Shown piece after piece: positions 44,151 to 55,000 of a stretch of DNA of 55,199 bases. The DNA comes from a virus (taxonomy: Duplodnaviria > Caudoviricetes), in the IMG/VR virus record IMGVR_UViG_3300020445_001189, positions 1-55,199 of that record. One strand, given 5' to 3'. The notes under the pieces are model-generated. The model was not told where the DNA came from. It searched no databases and saw only the letters and a list, made by a program, of their open reading frames with translations. Position 1 is the first letter of the stretch. The number at the start of each line of letters is the position of its first letter. Both the position numbers and the translations under genes were made by a program.

Positions 44151-45026
44151 TTAAAATGCTCTTTGTTGTTTTGTGCTAGGTCCAACAATATATGGGTATA
44201 CAGGCTGTAAACTTGCGTCTACAGTTAAGTGATAACAATATGTTCCTGATGTATATTCTGGGGTTTTTTCAAATCTACCATTATACTCATCTAGTTTACC
44301 AGTACCAATTTGATATTCATGATCGTTAATAAACGTTCCTGCTGTTTTGGCACCATACAAGTATCCTCTACCTGTTGGTTCTGTTGAGTAATATTGATAA
44401 GAGCTTGTCATTCTAACTACTGCTGATGCTGGATCATTGTAGTCTGAATAACCATAAGGTCCGTATATAGGATAACCGTCAAAACAATATCCTATAATTT
44501 TACTGTGTCCGTCTGCGTGTCTAAAGTGATCTCCACTAAAGTTACTTCCTGTGTAATAAGTTGCCGCCGGACTTGCTCCTGTAACCATTGCTGTATTCCA
44601 GCCTGCACTAGCTTCACTTGAACCTGTTGGTAAGTTTAATATCATACCTGACATATAGTGATACTGTCCGCTGATTTCTGGCCATCCCCCTGCGTCATCT
44701 CCTCCGTAGTTTGTTCTAAACTGAACTGCATTATATTCAAAGCCTGTTCCTGGTGCGTCTGAACTTGGATCTAATCCTGGAGGAACTGCACCAACTCCTG
44801 CTGATGGACTATAAAATACAACACCGTTGTTGAAAATTCCTAATGGTGTAAGAGCTGTAACCAACTGTGGGTTACTAGTATTCTCTCCACCTCTGTATGT
44901 AAATGAATAATTATATGATTGTGCCGATGCCACATTCGCACTTGGCGAAAAAGCATTATTGCCAAAAGGTTTTCCAAATTGAGCTGGATTAGGTAAACCG
45001 TTTGATGTTATTGTTAGTGTTGCCAT
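44151..45026 (-). CDS. YHYH-domain protein
   Basis: GIFNNGV, GQYHY, DGYPIYGPYG, LDEYNGR, YPYIVG. Confidence 0.8.
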   Translation of the reverse strand: MATLTITSNGLPNPAQFGKPFGNNAFSPSANVASAQSYNYSFTYRGGENTSNPQLVTALTPLGIFNNGVVFYSPSAGVGAVPPGLDPSSDAPGTGFEYNAVQFRTNYGGDDAGGWPEISGQYHYMSGMILNLPTGSSEASAGWNTAMVTGASPAATYYTGSNFSGDHFRHADGHSKIIGYCFDGYPIYGPYGYSDYNDPASAVVRMTSSYQYYSTEPTGRGYLYGAKTAGTFINDHEYQIGTGKLDEYNGRFEKTPEYTSGTYCYHLTVDASLQPVYPYIVGPSTKQQRAF

Positions 45027-45730
45027 TAGCTTATTACTCCTGCGTCAAATGATCTTGCATCTGGCGACATTATGCCACCAAAGTCGATGTCAGTTTGATA
45101 TATTAACCAATCTGATAAACCTCTAACGTCATTGCTCATTTGACCAAAGTCAAAACCAGCTGTGTTAGGCTCAATGTTTCTAATATCAACACCGTAAACT
45201 AACCCTGAAACGTTACCAGTTAATGCACCGTTAAAATTACTTGCTGTAAGTGTATTTACATTAGAAATATCATTTCCTAATGCGTTTAGATTTCCACCTA
45301 ATTCGGGTGATGTATCTGACTTAACTTCAGCATTGGAATTTACTGATAAAACATTTCCGCTTACACTTGTACTAGCACCTGTGCCACCAAATATATTTAA
45401 TGTTTGCCCGTCTGCTAATTGCATACTTCCTGCATCAGAAACAACGTTTAATTGTTGTAATCCGCCAGTAGCATTAATAGTAATTCCTGTTGTAGAACTA
45501 GTTAGTGTTACATTAGAACCTGATACTAGTTTCTTTAATTGTAAAGCTGACCCTACTTTTTGTGCAAAAACACCTTCTCCAGTGTTTCCTAAATTAGATA
45601 CAGTAGTTGACTCAGGTGAACGAAGATCTAAATCATCAAAGTTTTGATTAACTTTAATAAATGCTTCACGCAGATCATCACCTGTTCCGTCGTTTGCTAG
45701 TGTTCCTATGTTTATTGTTTGTAAAGCCAT
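45026..45730 (-). CDS. tail/baseplate structural protein
   Basis: INIGTLANDGTGDDLREAFIKVNQNF (T4 gp9/gp10-like N-terminal motif), PELGGNL; late promoter at 45747-45753. Confidence 0.75.
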   Translation of the reverse strand: MALQTINIGTLANDGTGDDLREAFIKVNQNFDDLDLRSPESTTVSNLGNTGEGVFAQKVGSALQLKKLVSGSNVTLTSSTTGITINATGGLQQLNVVSDAGSMQLADGQTLNIFGGTGASTSVSGNVLSVNSNAEVKSDTSPELGGNLNALGNDISNVNTLTASNFNGALTGNVSGLVYGVDIRNIEPNTAGFDFGQMSNDVRGLSDWLIYQTDIDFGGIMSPDARSFDAGVIS

Positions 45731-45753
45731 ATCTTATCCTATACTGTATTTAT

Positions 45754-47364
45754 CTATTGGTCATTCCCACTAGTGCCTCTAAATTTTAATGGATTTGGGC
45801 TATTATAAGGCCAATACGCCATTCTATTTGGAGCACCGTATAAACGTGGGTAACTGTTACCATAACTAAAACTTTCTGCTGTACCTGAATCGTATATTTG
45901 TCCTTTTAACGAATGATTTTTTAAAAAGTCTTTAAATTGTTGTGCAGTTCCACCTGGGTTTGCTTGTAACCATAAAGCACCCATTCCTGTTATTTGTGGA
46001 GCCGCCATACTAGTTCCGCCAATCTTAGCCATATAATGCGTAGAACTTCCTGGGTATAATTCTTTACTGCCATATAAACTTACTTGGCTAGTTGCACTAG
46101 AAATATCATCACCTGCGGCAATAATATCTATTCTTGGTCCACGTTCACTATCTGATCTAACTTTTTCTTCTGTTCCGTATTGTTGTGTGTCCATATTTGC
46201 TACCCATAAAGTATCTTCACTATGTGGTGAACTAGGACGATTATAATAAATTTCTAATGCTCCATACGAAGCTGTTCTATAATAACTGTTATAGATATCA
46301 CTACCGTATTCACCTGATCCTGCTACTCCATACGCACAAGGGTGATATGCGTTACCGGCCGCTTTGACACAAATAATACCTGCGTCTGTTAATTGTTGTT
46401 GTTCAACATCATTAGAACTACTTACTAAAGGGTGTTTACTTCCAGTCATTCCGTAGTTTACTAATGCACTTGAATAATTTTGTGCTGTGATACCTTGATC
46501 AACACCTTTGTAATAAACGTGTGTAATTTGTCCGTTAAGAGAATATGTACTAGAATAACCCCAACTTTGATTTACAATAGTAGGACGTCTAAATCCTGTG
46601 TTAGGATCAATTGGCTTTTTCAAATGCCATTCTCTAATAACATCATAAATGTCATTCATATTCATAGCCGCCGTACCACCAAATAATCTTACAGAATAAA
46701 GTGTTGCATTTTTGGCCCAACCGTATGTCTTACCTGCGGCAATACCACAACAATGACTTCCATGAGCACCTGCGGCATTTGAATCTGTATAATTATTTGT
46801 ATAAAAGTTTGCTGGCATTGTACCTGCTACACCTGATGCCGCATACCAATCTATTTGTTGAAATCTTGTTGTACCATTAGCATCTTCCCATTCAGGATGT
46901 CCTGTTGGATCAATACCGTCATCTTGTATAACAATGTCAACACCTGTTCCGTCTAATGTGTAGTTGTAATCTCCTGAAAAAGTAGTACTAGCCGCTTGGT
47001 CTGTTTGCCAAGAATCTCGTATGTGTCTATACAATCCCCAGTTCTTATCATCTTGGTTAGCAGTTGTTGTTCTTTGGAATTGTGCAGTTTGCGTTTCAAA
47101 AAGTTCTGCATATTGATCTATGCTTGAAGCTTCTACGTCTAAAATTCTTCCGTCAGCTTTTAATTTTTCAGCTTCTTCTGGTTCAAGCATATAACAAGTA
47201 ATTCTATTGTTAGTTGCTTTTGCGTGTGAAACATCACAAGTTCTATCAGGAATAATATTTGAGTCAACACTTGAATCACCTGAAGTGTCTTTTTGTAGTA
47301 ACTGATCTATTTCTGCAATATCAGTTCCTTTATTTGTTATAACTCTATATTCTTCTTGTGCCAT
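45754..47364 (-). CDS. subtilisin-like S8 serine protease
   Basis: IQDDG, HGSHCCG, AAGN, GTSMAAP. Confidence 0.9.
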   Translation of the reverse strand: MAQEEYRVITNKGTDIAEIDQLLQKDTSGDSSVDSNIIPDRTCDVSHAKATNNRITCYMLEPEEAEKLKADGRILDVEASSIDQYAELFETQTAQFQRTTTANQDDKNWGLYRHIRDSWQTDQAASTTFSGDYNYTLDGTGVDIVIQDDGIDPTGHPEWEDANGTTRFQQIDWYAASGVAGTMPANFYTNNYTDSNAAGAHGSHCCGIAAGKTYGWAKNATLYSVRLFGGTAAMNMNDIYDVIREWHLKKPIDPNTGFRRPTIVNQSWGYSSTYSLNGQITHVYYKGVDQGITAQNYSSALVNYGMTGSKHPLVSSSNDVEQQQLTDAGIICVKAAGNAYHPCAYGVAGSGEYGSDIYNSYYRTASYGALEIYYNRPSSPHSEDTLWVANMDTQQYGTEEKVRSDSERGPRIDIIAAGDDISSATSQVSLYGSKELYPGSSTHYMAKIGGTSMAAPQITGMGALWLQANPGGTAQQFKDFLKNHSLKGQIYDSGTAESFSYGNSYPRLYGAPNRMAYWPYNSPNPLKFRGTSGNDQ

Positions 47365-48908
47365 TATAAATTACCACCTAACGTAAATCCATCACGTCCT
47401 GTTGTATCTAAACCTTTTTTCTTACTAAAAGTTCTTTTAGTTGATTGACCTAAGTATGCAATTCTATTAGATGTTGCATCTGGACTCATTAAATTTCTAT
47501 TGTTATTAAAGAAAGTAGCTGGTGTACTTTCGTCTACTGAACCTTGATATAATAATCCTTTAAGACTATTCTTATGCCACCACTCTCTTAATTGTGCTGG
47601 AGTAAATCCTGGATTTAGTTGTAATACTAAACAGCTCATTCCTGCTACATTAGGAGTACTCATTGATGTTCCACTTAAATTAAGAACTGCTGTTGAACTT
47701 GTATTATACGCACTAACAATATTTGTACCTGCCGCATATACATCAACTCTTGGTCCTTTATCACTTCCACTTTCACAGGCTTCTGAACTTGAATACAATG
47801 CACTATCTAAGTTACCACAAACAATAGTGTCTGGTCCAATATTACCTGCACCTCTGTTGTAGTATATAGGATTACCTGCTGTAATATTACCTGAGCTTAC
47901 ACTTCTTGTAATATAGTTATTGTAATCTACATCTCCTTCGTAACATAATTTTTGTCCTTGGTTACCTGCACTCTTATGATAGTGTACACCTTCGTCTTGC
48001 ATTTCTTCTACTTCTGCCATCAAGTTATAAATCTGTGCATTGAATCTATTTGAACCATCTCCAAGCATTCCGTAGCTAGAACTTTTAACAGAGCCTACAC
48101 TTGATCCTCTAAAATTAATATCTGTTATATTAGCAAAATAAGATTTGTAACCCCAACTTGCACTTACTACTGTTGGTCTTTTAAAACCTGTTAATGGATT
48201 AACATTTTTTGCTTTGTGAAATTCTTTAATAGCATCAAACCAAGCACTTTGACCTATAGCTCCCATATCTAAACAATATATGTTTGCATTCTTGGCCCAG
48301 CCATAAGTTTTACCTACTGCTGTTCCGCAACAATGTGTTGCGTGATAGTTTGATCCTGAACTGTTACTATAATCTATAGTTGGTAATGACCCCATGTTAG
48401 GAAGTGTGTTCCATTGAAACTGTTGTAAACGACTGTTGCCATCTTTGTCTTGCCATTCTTCGTGGTCAAATCTAAATTTATTTTCTTGGTGTATATAATC
48501 AATACCTGTACCGTCTAAATGATAATCGTATGTTCCTGCTAGGTCACTAGTTTGTGCACCAGTTCCCCATGGATTAGTTTCTACTATGTGTCTTTTGAAA
48601 GCCCAATTATCTCTTGAAGTAGATGTGTTATCTCTAATAAATGTTCCTGACTGTTCATAGTCTAACCATTCATCGGACCATACTAAAGGTTCGTTAACAC
48701 CACCTACTCTTGAATCTTTTAATAATGCTGTTGCTTCTTCGTCTGTTAAAGAAACTTCTAACATACGTTTACTGCTTGGTCTAGTGTTTACATTGTCTAC
48801 TACTCTATCTGGAATATCAGTAATAGATGTTGAAGTGTTCAGTTCGTTTAAAAACTGTTCCTTATCTACTCCCTTTTTTAATGAAACGACGTAGTGTTTC
48901 TCTGACAT
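47364..48908 (-). CDS. subtilisin-like S8 serine protease (Glu at the catalytic Asp position)
   Basis: I9-like prodomain (HYVVSLK), HQEN, HATHCCG, SAGN, GTSMSTP. Confidence 0.88.
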   Translation of the reverse strand: MSEKHYVVSLKKGVDKEQFLNELNTSTSITDIPDRVVDNVNTRPSSKRMLEVSLTDEEATALLKDSRVGGVNEPLVWSDEWLDYEQSGTFIRDNTSTSRDNWAFKRHIVETNPWGTGAQTSDLAGTYDYHLDGTGIDYIHQENKFRFDHEEWQDKDGNSRLQQFQWNTLPNMGSLPTIDYSNSSGSNYHATHCCGTAVGKTYGWAKNANIYCLDMGAIGQSAWFDAIKEFHKAKNVNPLTGFKRPTVVSASWGYKSYFANITDINFRGSSVGSVKSSSYGMLGDGSNRFNAQIYNLMAEVEEMQDEGVHYHKSAGNQGQKLCYEGDVDYNNYITRSVSSGNITAGNPIYYNRGAGNIGPDTIVCGNLDSALYSSSEACESGSDKGPRVDVYAAGTNIVSAYNTSSTAVLNLSGTSMSTPNVAGMSCLVLQLNPGFTPAQLREWWHKNSLKGLLYQGSVDESTPATFFNNNRNLMSPDATSNRIAYLGQSTKRTFSKKKGLDTTGRDGFTLGGNL

Positions 48909-48916
48909 AGTAACTC

Positions 48917-51535
48917 CTAGACTATTGTTAAGTTACCTACCATGCCTGCGTGAATTGTACACTGGTATACCAATGACGTATCACTTGCTTCATGTGGTAC
49001 TGTGAATATCTGTGTTCCTGTTGTTGATCCGCTAACACCTTCTGTAAATGAACTTCCACCTGCGGCTGTTCTAATTGCAAATGGGTGTGATGCTCCAGTA
49101 GAGTTAACAAAAATATATGTAGCACCTTTATACAATGTAAAGTCTGGATTATCTTTTGTTGATTCTATTCCAGGTCCTGCAAATCTATATGAACTTGATC
49201 CATTAGCTGAAACTGTGTAGTAGTAAACTGGTCCTTGTGTTGCCGCCCAAGCACTACCATTGTAATAAACCATATCACCTGCGGCTGGTGTACTTATACT
49301 AATAGCTGATAGTGAATCGTTAACCCAAGCACTACCATTCCATTTTAAATATTGTCCTGAAGCTGGTGTTGTTATAGTTGCGTCTGCAAGATCATCAAGG
49401 TCCATATTACCACGTGTAATAGTAATGTTACCTTCCGTATCACTTGAAGTTGTAATACCTGTTCCACCTGCAATCTTAATTGACTCGTTGCTGTTAACAA
49501 CTTTCATTGAAGAGTCATCAGCACCTATGCTAAAACTAAATTGTGCTCCTGCACCTTTCCAAGTACTTCCATTCCAAAATACCATTTCATTGGAATTTGC
49601 ATCATATATTAAATCACCTGGGTTACCAGTTAATCCGTTAATACCATCTTGATCGTAACTTCCTAATCTTAAAGGAGTTCTTTGTAATACAACGGCATTC
49701 GCGGCATCAAATATAATATTACTTGCACTAGTAAATGTTGGAATACCTGTTCCTGAAGTTTGTATTGTATCAGCTTCAATAGTTGTTGCTGTTACAGTAG
49801 TTGCATTTATATTAATTGTTGTTAGTGTATCACTTGTTTTATTATAAACTAAACCTGCGTCACCACCAAATGTGCTACCACCATCATTAAATTGTACCTG
49901 TGTATCAGAACCACCTGGGTTACCTGCTCCACCGCCACCTGTTGAATTAATTGTAATTGTATCAGTGCCGTTATCAGTAGTAATTGTTACGTTTGTACCT
50001 GCAACTAAAGTTAATGTATCTGTTGTAGTATCTGCTGTAACTGTACCTTGTCCTGCTACTGCTATATTCTGGAATACGTTTTGACTTCCTCCGCCACTTT
50101 GAGCGACCCAACTTAATACTCCAGCACCGTCTGTTTTTAAAACTTCATCAGCATTACCATCACCGTCTGGTAAAATAAATGTTGTATCAGTTGTTAGTGT
50201 TGCTGGTGCTCTAACGGCAGTATAGTTTCCGTTGTCACCTGCATAGTATCTAGTTTCTGCGGCACTTGCCATTTTAAAGTGTGTGCCAACATTAATTTCA
50301 CTTGTTCCATTATCTAATGTACCAGTAACATTTACGTTTGTTGCATTTAAAGTTGGTACTACTAAAGTATTTGTACTTGGATTATAATTGAAGTTAGCAT
50401 CTGTTCTAGCTACTTGTTGAGCTCCGCCTTCAGTTCCAACAAATACTGGAAACTGTGCCGCCGCTGTTGAATCAGTAGTTACTGAAACTGTCGCCGCGTC
50501 TACATTGTTTAATGCACGAGGTCTCCATTCATTACTTGCCGCTACCCAACTTAAAGCATAATCATTTTGTGGTGTAATTGTTGTAGTGTTTACATCATTT
50601 AAATCACCAATGTTACTAATTGAACTTGATACTGTTCCTGGTTCCCATCTACTTTGTGCATTATCCCAAATAAGTGCTTGTCCGTTTGTTGCACCTGTTG
50701 TAAAAACATCGTTAATGTCACCTAAATTTAAACTTGAGGTAATTGTTATTTTACCTTCTGCATCTGAGGCAGTAGTTATTCCGCCACCACCTGCAATTTG
50801 TAAAGTTTCACCGTAGCTAATATTTCTTACTGTTGAATCGTCTGCCGCTACTTGTACTAATGTTCCACTACCACCTTCGTTTGCTAAAGGTATCCAATCT
50901 CCGCTATGTGCAAAGTAGGCTTTACCTGTTGCGTGTACGTGTGCAAACATACCATGATATGTTGCCGCACTTGGTAAATCATTAACAGTTGCAAATACGT
51001 TTGAGAAGTAAACTTTACCTGTTGAATTAAAATCTCTAGCAGTAGTTCCGCCTCTAGCTAATACTGAATCAATAGTATCTACTTCTGTTACAGTAGTTGT
51101 AAATTTAAAAGTTTGTGATGCATGATCGTAATAAACAACTTTTCCATCATCACCTGCACTTGGTGTTGAAAAGTTATGTAAACTTTGAACAGTCGCCGCT
51201 TGTATACGTGCATCTGTTCTTGCATTTGAAAAGAATAAGTTAGTTACACCTTCAGCTATTTGATCTGAAGTTGTTCCTGCCGCCAAGTATCCTACATCAT
51301 TAGCAAATGAACTTAATGCACTTGGTACTGTAGGTATAACTGGTTTATTAGTTAAGTCGTTATAATCACCACTGAACGGATTGTTAAATGATACGTTGTT
51401 AATTCTTACGTCTGTTGCGTTTACTGTTCCTACGTTAGTAAGACCAGATCCGCCAAGATCTAAATTATCACCGACTGGTAATTCTTTAATCTTTTTATCC
51501 GTTGTATCTACTACTAGTGGTATTCTATTTGCCAT
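48917..51535 (-). CDS. tail fibre-like protein with C-terminal cupredoxin-like domain
   Basis: G/T/S-rich fibre repeats (L.DV...GQ.L.W....W), C-terminal HPF...YQCTIHAGMVG; TATAAATA promoter at 51554-51561. Confidence 0.75.
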   Translation of the reverse strand: MANRIPLVVDTTDKKIKELPVGDNLDLGGSGLTNVGTVNATDVRINNVSFNNPFSGDYNDLTNKPVIPTVPSALSSFANDVGYLAAGTTSDQIAEGVTNLFFSNARTDARIQAATVQSLHNFSTPSAGDDGKVVYYDHASQTFKFTTTVTEVDTIDSVLARGGTTARDFNSTGKVYFSNVFATVNDLPSAATYHGMFAHVHATGKAYFAHSGDWIPLANEGGSGTLVQVAADDSTVRNISYGETLQIAGGGGITTASDAEGKITITSSLNLGDINDVFTTGATNGQALIWDNAQSRWEPGTVSSSISNIGDLNDVNTTTITPQNDYALSWVAASNEWRPRALNNVDAATVSVTTDSTAAAQFPVFVGTEGGAQQVARTDANFNYNPSTNTLVVPTLNATNVNVTGTLDNGTSEINVGTHFKMASAAETRYYAGDNGNYTAVRAPATLTTDTTFILPDGDGNADEVLKTDGAGVLSWVAQSGGGSQNVFQNIAVAGQGTVTADTTTDTLTLVAGTNVTITTDNGTDTITINSTGGGGAGNPGGSDTQVQFNDGGSTFGGDAGLVYNKTSDTLTTININATTVTATTIEADTIQTSGTGIPTFTSASNIIFDAANAVVLQRTPLRLGSYDQDGINGLTGNPGDLIYDANSNEMVFWNGSTWKGAGAQFSFSIGADDSSMKVVNSNESIKIAGGTGITTSSDTEGNITITRGNMDLDDLADATITTPASGQYLKWNGSAWVNDSLSAISISTPAAGDMVYYNGSAWAATQGPVYYYTVSANGSSSYRFAGPGIESTKDNPDFTLYKGATYIFVNSTGASHPFAIRTAAGGSSFTEGVSGSTTGTQIFTVPHEASDTSLVYQCTIHAGMVGNLTIV

Positions 51536-51556
51536 TTTGTTTTCCTACTAACATAT

Positions 51557-52048
51557 TTATAGTGCCGCTATCCTTGTTTTAAAGTCAGCGAAATCTGTAC
51601 TTGCCGCCACCTCTGTTTTTAATGTTGTTAAAGTAATTGTTTCAGCAGTTAAGTAACCAGCACCGTTTGTTAACTGATTATTGTTTGTTGGTATAGTTGG
51701 TACACCACTCAATACTGAGAAAGGAATAGTATTACTAACACCATCAATAATTACTGTTGAATCATCTCCTACAACTGAACCTTTTAAATTTCCTACAATG
51801 TTTTGTGCTGTAACTGTACTTGTAGCATGGTTAACTATTACAGTTGAATCTGCACCTATAACATCTCCAATGATACTTTGTTGTATTGTAGCACCACCTT
51901 GGTTTGAAACACCTAACTGGCCTTCAGCAACAATTAGTCTTGTGTAAATGTCTGTAAAGTTATTCTGTGCTTTAGTAAAGGCTGTTCTTATTGGATCGCC
52001 ATCGCCTTTGTTAGCACTAGAACCTATGTTTATATTTTGCTGTGCCAT
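51557..52048 (-). CDS. tail/baseplate structural protein
   Basis: INIGSSANKGDGDPIRTAFTK..NF motif; G(D/S)V.G.DSTVI repeats. Confidence 0.7.
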   Translation of the reverse strand: MAQQNINIGSSANKGDGDPIRTAFTKAQNNFTDIYTRLIVAEGQLGVSNQGGATIQQSIIGDVIGADSTVIVNHATSTVTAQNIVGNLKGSVVGDDSTVIIDGVSNTIPFSVLSGVPTIPTNNNQLTNGAGYLTAETITLTTLKTEVAASTDFADFKTRIAAL

Positions 52049-55000
52049 TATACTCTACCTACTACCATTTCAATTACGCCATGTCCAGGTTCGTTATGAT
52101 CCTGTAATGCTTTACCAAGTACTGTTCCTACTTTAGGATCAACACCTTTTGATGCGTGTCCTGGTACACTTGAAGTTACTAGCATATCACCTTTTGATAT
52201 CATTCCTGCTACTTTAACTTTAACTCTACCTGTTAATGCAACTGGAGTAACAAACTCACCTTCTTGTGTTGAGTTCATTAAGTAAGCTGGATGTTCTGAA
52301 ACAACCCCTGCTACTCTTGTATCCTTGTGCATTGTGTTTTGTGTTACTTCTTTATCTCCACCAAATATAACAACTGTACCTACTTCGTACTCTGCATCTG
52401 CTTCATAATTCTCTGCCAAGTCAGCATATTGAGCCTGTGTTGCTGTACCACTGAATGTTGTTGCGTAAACTGTATTCCATTTTTTCAAGTTAGTACCTAA
52501 AGTATAAGTGTTATCTATACTTGGTATAACTGCTGTTGATGTTGCTGTTAATACTGTTGCTCCATCGGCCACAAGTGAAATTTGTCCTGCCGCACTATAA
52601 CCTGTATTAGCACCTATACTAACACCTGTTGAGTTTGCATCAAGCTCGCCTGGTGCTTCAACAAATGAACTGTGTATCCAGTCAACTGCTAATCTTGATT
52701 CTCCTGCCAACGCCGAGTTAGCCTGGAAGTTACCTTCTGTTACGCCTGTTGCTCCAATGTTAACACTTCCTGGAATTGCTACTGTTGGAGTAACTGTACC
52801 AGATGCTGTCATAAACTGTGCCGCACCTGGAGTTGTAAATTGTACTTCTGTACCTGCTGTGTCAATAATTAAGTAACTATCAACTTTTAATCCTTGCATT
52901 GATGCATTTCCACTTGCATCTGTTTTAACTAGAGCATTCGCGGCACCTGTTGTTGAAACTGTTTCAATAACACCACCACCTTCTGCAATAATAGTTGCAA
53001 ATGGTACTTCAGCAACGTCACCTGTACTAGAGTCACCTGCGGCTCTACCTAATACTGTTCCGTCTGCTATATTAATAATTTTCTTATAATCTAATGCACC
53101 ATGTTGAATAGTTGCCCAACCGTCTGTAGTTGTAAACATATCACTATCTAAACTAACAACACCTAAATCATTCTGTGTAATTCCTGTTGCGTTAGCTCTA
53201 GTAGTTGCCGCATTTAAATTTAATTTACTTTGTGCAATCGCGGCGTTTGTATTAACGTCTGCGTTAACAATACTGTCTGCCGCTATTCTCCAGTCAGCTG
53301 TTACAGTAGTTTCAGCTCTATCAACTACTAAACTAATGTCTGAGTCAACGTGTGCATCTGCTTGAGCCCATTCTAATAATGGACCGTATCTAACTTGTCC
53401 TGTAATACCACCTGCTTGTTGACATATATCAGCTGTTGTAAATATATTTGAAACTGCTGTATAAATTAATAAGTTTTCTGCTGTACCGTTACGTGTAATG
53501 TTTTTAACTTCTACAATAGTACCTGTTGCATTTGATACACTACCAGTTATTGTTGCTCCAGCAGTAAAGTTTCCACCACTTGCTGGTGCTGTAAATAATC
53601 TGTATTTGCCAGTTGTTACAAGTGCTCTATTACCTGCTTCGTTTTTAGTTTCAACATCAACTAGTTCTTTAACAGTATCACCTGCTATAATTAAACTATC
53701 AACATAAGATTTAGTAGCGGCATCTTGATCACTAGTTGGATCACTCATGCCTGTTATTTTGTTACCACCCATCGGTATACTTGCCGTTGCGGCAGTTGTA
53801 CCATCTCTTGCTATTGCACCTGGGCCTATTGCTCCAACTGTTACTGGATTACCAGCATGGTCGAAACCTAATCTTTTATTAACATATCCTCTAACTGCTG
53901 ATTCAGTTGGAACAGCATCAGTGGCATTATCAACCATTGTATCGTCAGCACTAAATTCACTAACAACAACACCACGTTTAAATCCTATACCGTCCAAGTT
54001 ACTTAAAGCAATTGAAGCCGAGAACGTAACTGTTCCTGTACCTTGGTCTACTGTAAAGAACTTACCAACTCTAAAGAAACCATCTTGGTCAGTACTTACA
54101 TAGAATACTCTACCTTTATCTCTTTCGTCAGTTTCTTTATTTTGATCTTTTGTTTGTGTTGCTGGACCAAATGTACTGTTAGGGAAGTTACTAGTATTAA
54201 ATCCACCAGTACCAATATTTAAGAAGTCGTGTCCTGTTGCTCTGTTAGTTGAAATGTTAACAGTAACGTTGGCACCTTCTGCACTTGGTAAACCAGCTCT
54301 TAATGTTACAACAGAGTTTGTATTTCTTACTGTACTATGAATACCTGTTACTAAACTTGAACTGTTAATTTCTTTTCCTGCAACGTCTGTAATTGCAATA
54401 GTACCAAAGCCAGTTCTTTGTGTGTATCCTGTAATTTTGTGTGTCTTACCATCCCAGACAAATATCATATCACCTGAGTTAAGTCTATCTTTTTGTGCTT
54501 GTGATGTAATTGTAACAATCGCGATAACATCGTCACCTGCTGTGTTACCCATTGTAGTACCACCAGCACCTGCATAAGTTCCTAAGGCCGCGTTAGTGTT
54601 ATCAACAACAAGTTTAATATAATCATATGGACTATCAAATCTAATGTGTTTAACACCAGATGATAAAGTGTTACCTAATGCATCTGTAGTATTAAATGCT
54701 AATGTTCTGTATACTCTATCTGATTCATCAAATACTAAAGCTGAACTTGGTCTTGTTGTTTCTGCACTTACACCACTAAATTGGAATGAAGAACTTGATC
54801 TTATCATTACCTTCTGGTCGTTTGCCAATACTGCTTTAAGTCCTGTTGAACTTGTAGTGTTAGCACCAGTTGTTGCCAAGTTTAATTTGTAAACTGTATT
54901 ACTTCTTTGTCCTGTTGGAGGTGAACCAGGTTGTGTTGGCTCTTCAATAGTTGTAATTTCGTATCTAGTTGTAGCAATTAATCCACCGTGATCGATTTCA

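Noticed and set aside
183-54892. Numerous plus-strand ORFs in the track (e.g. 19749..20384, 23790..24410, 27418..27834, 53747..54103)
   Set aside because: They are antisense shadows of well-supported minus-strand genes, with no recognisable motifs. Only phoH is convincing on the plus strand.
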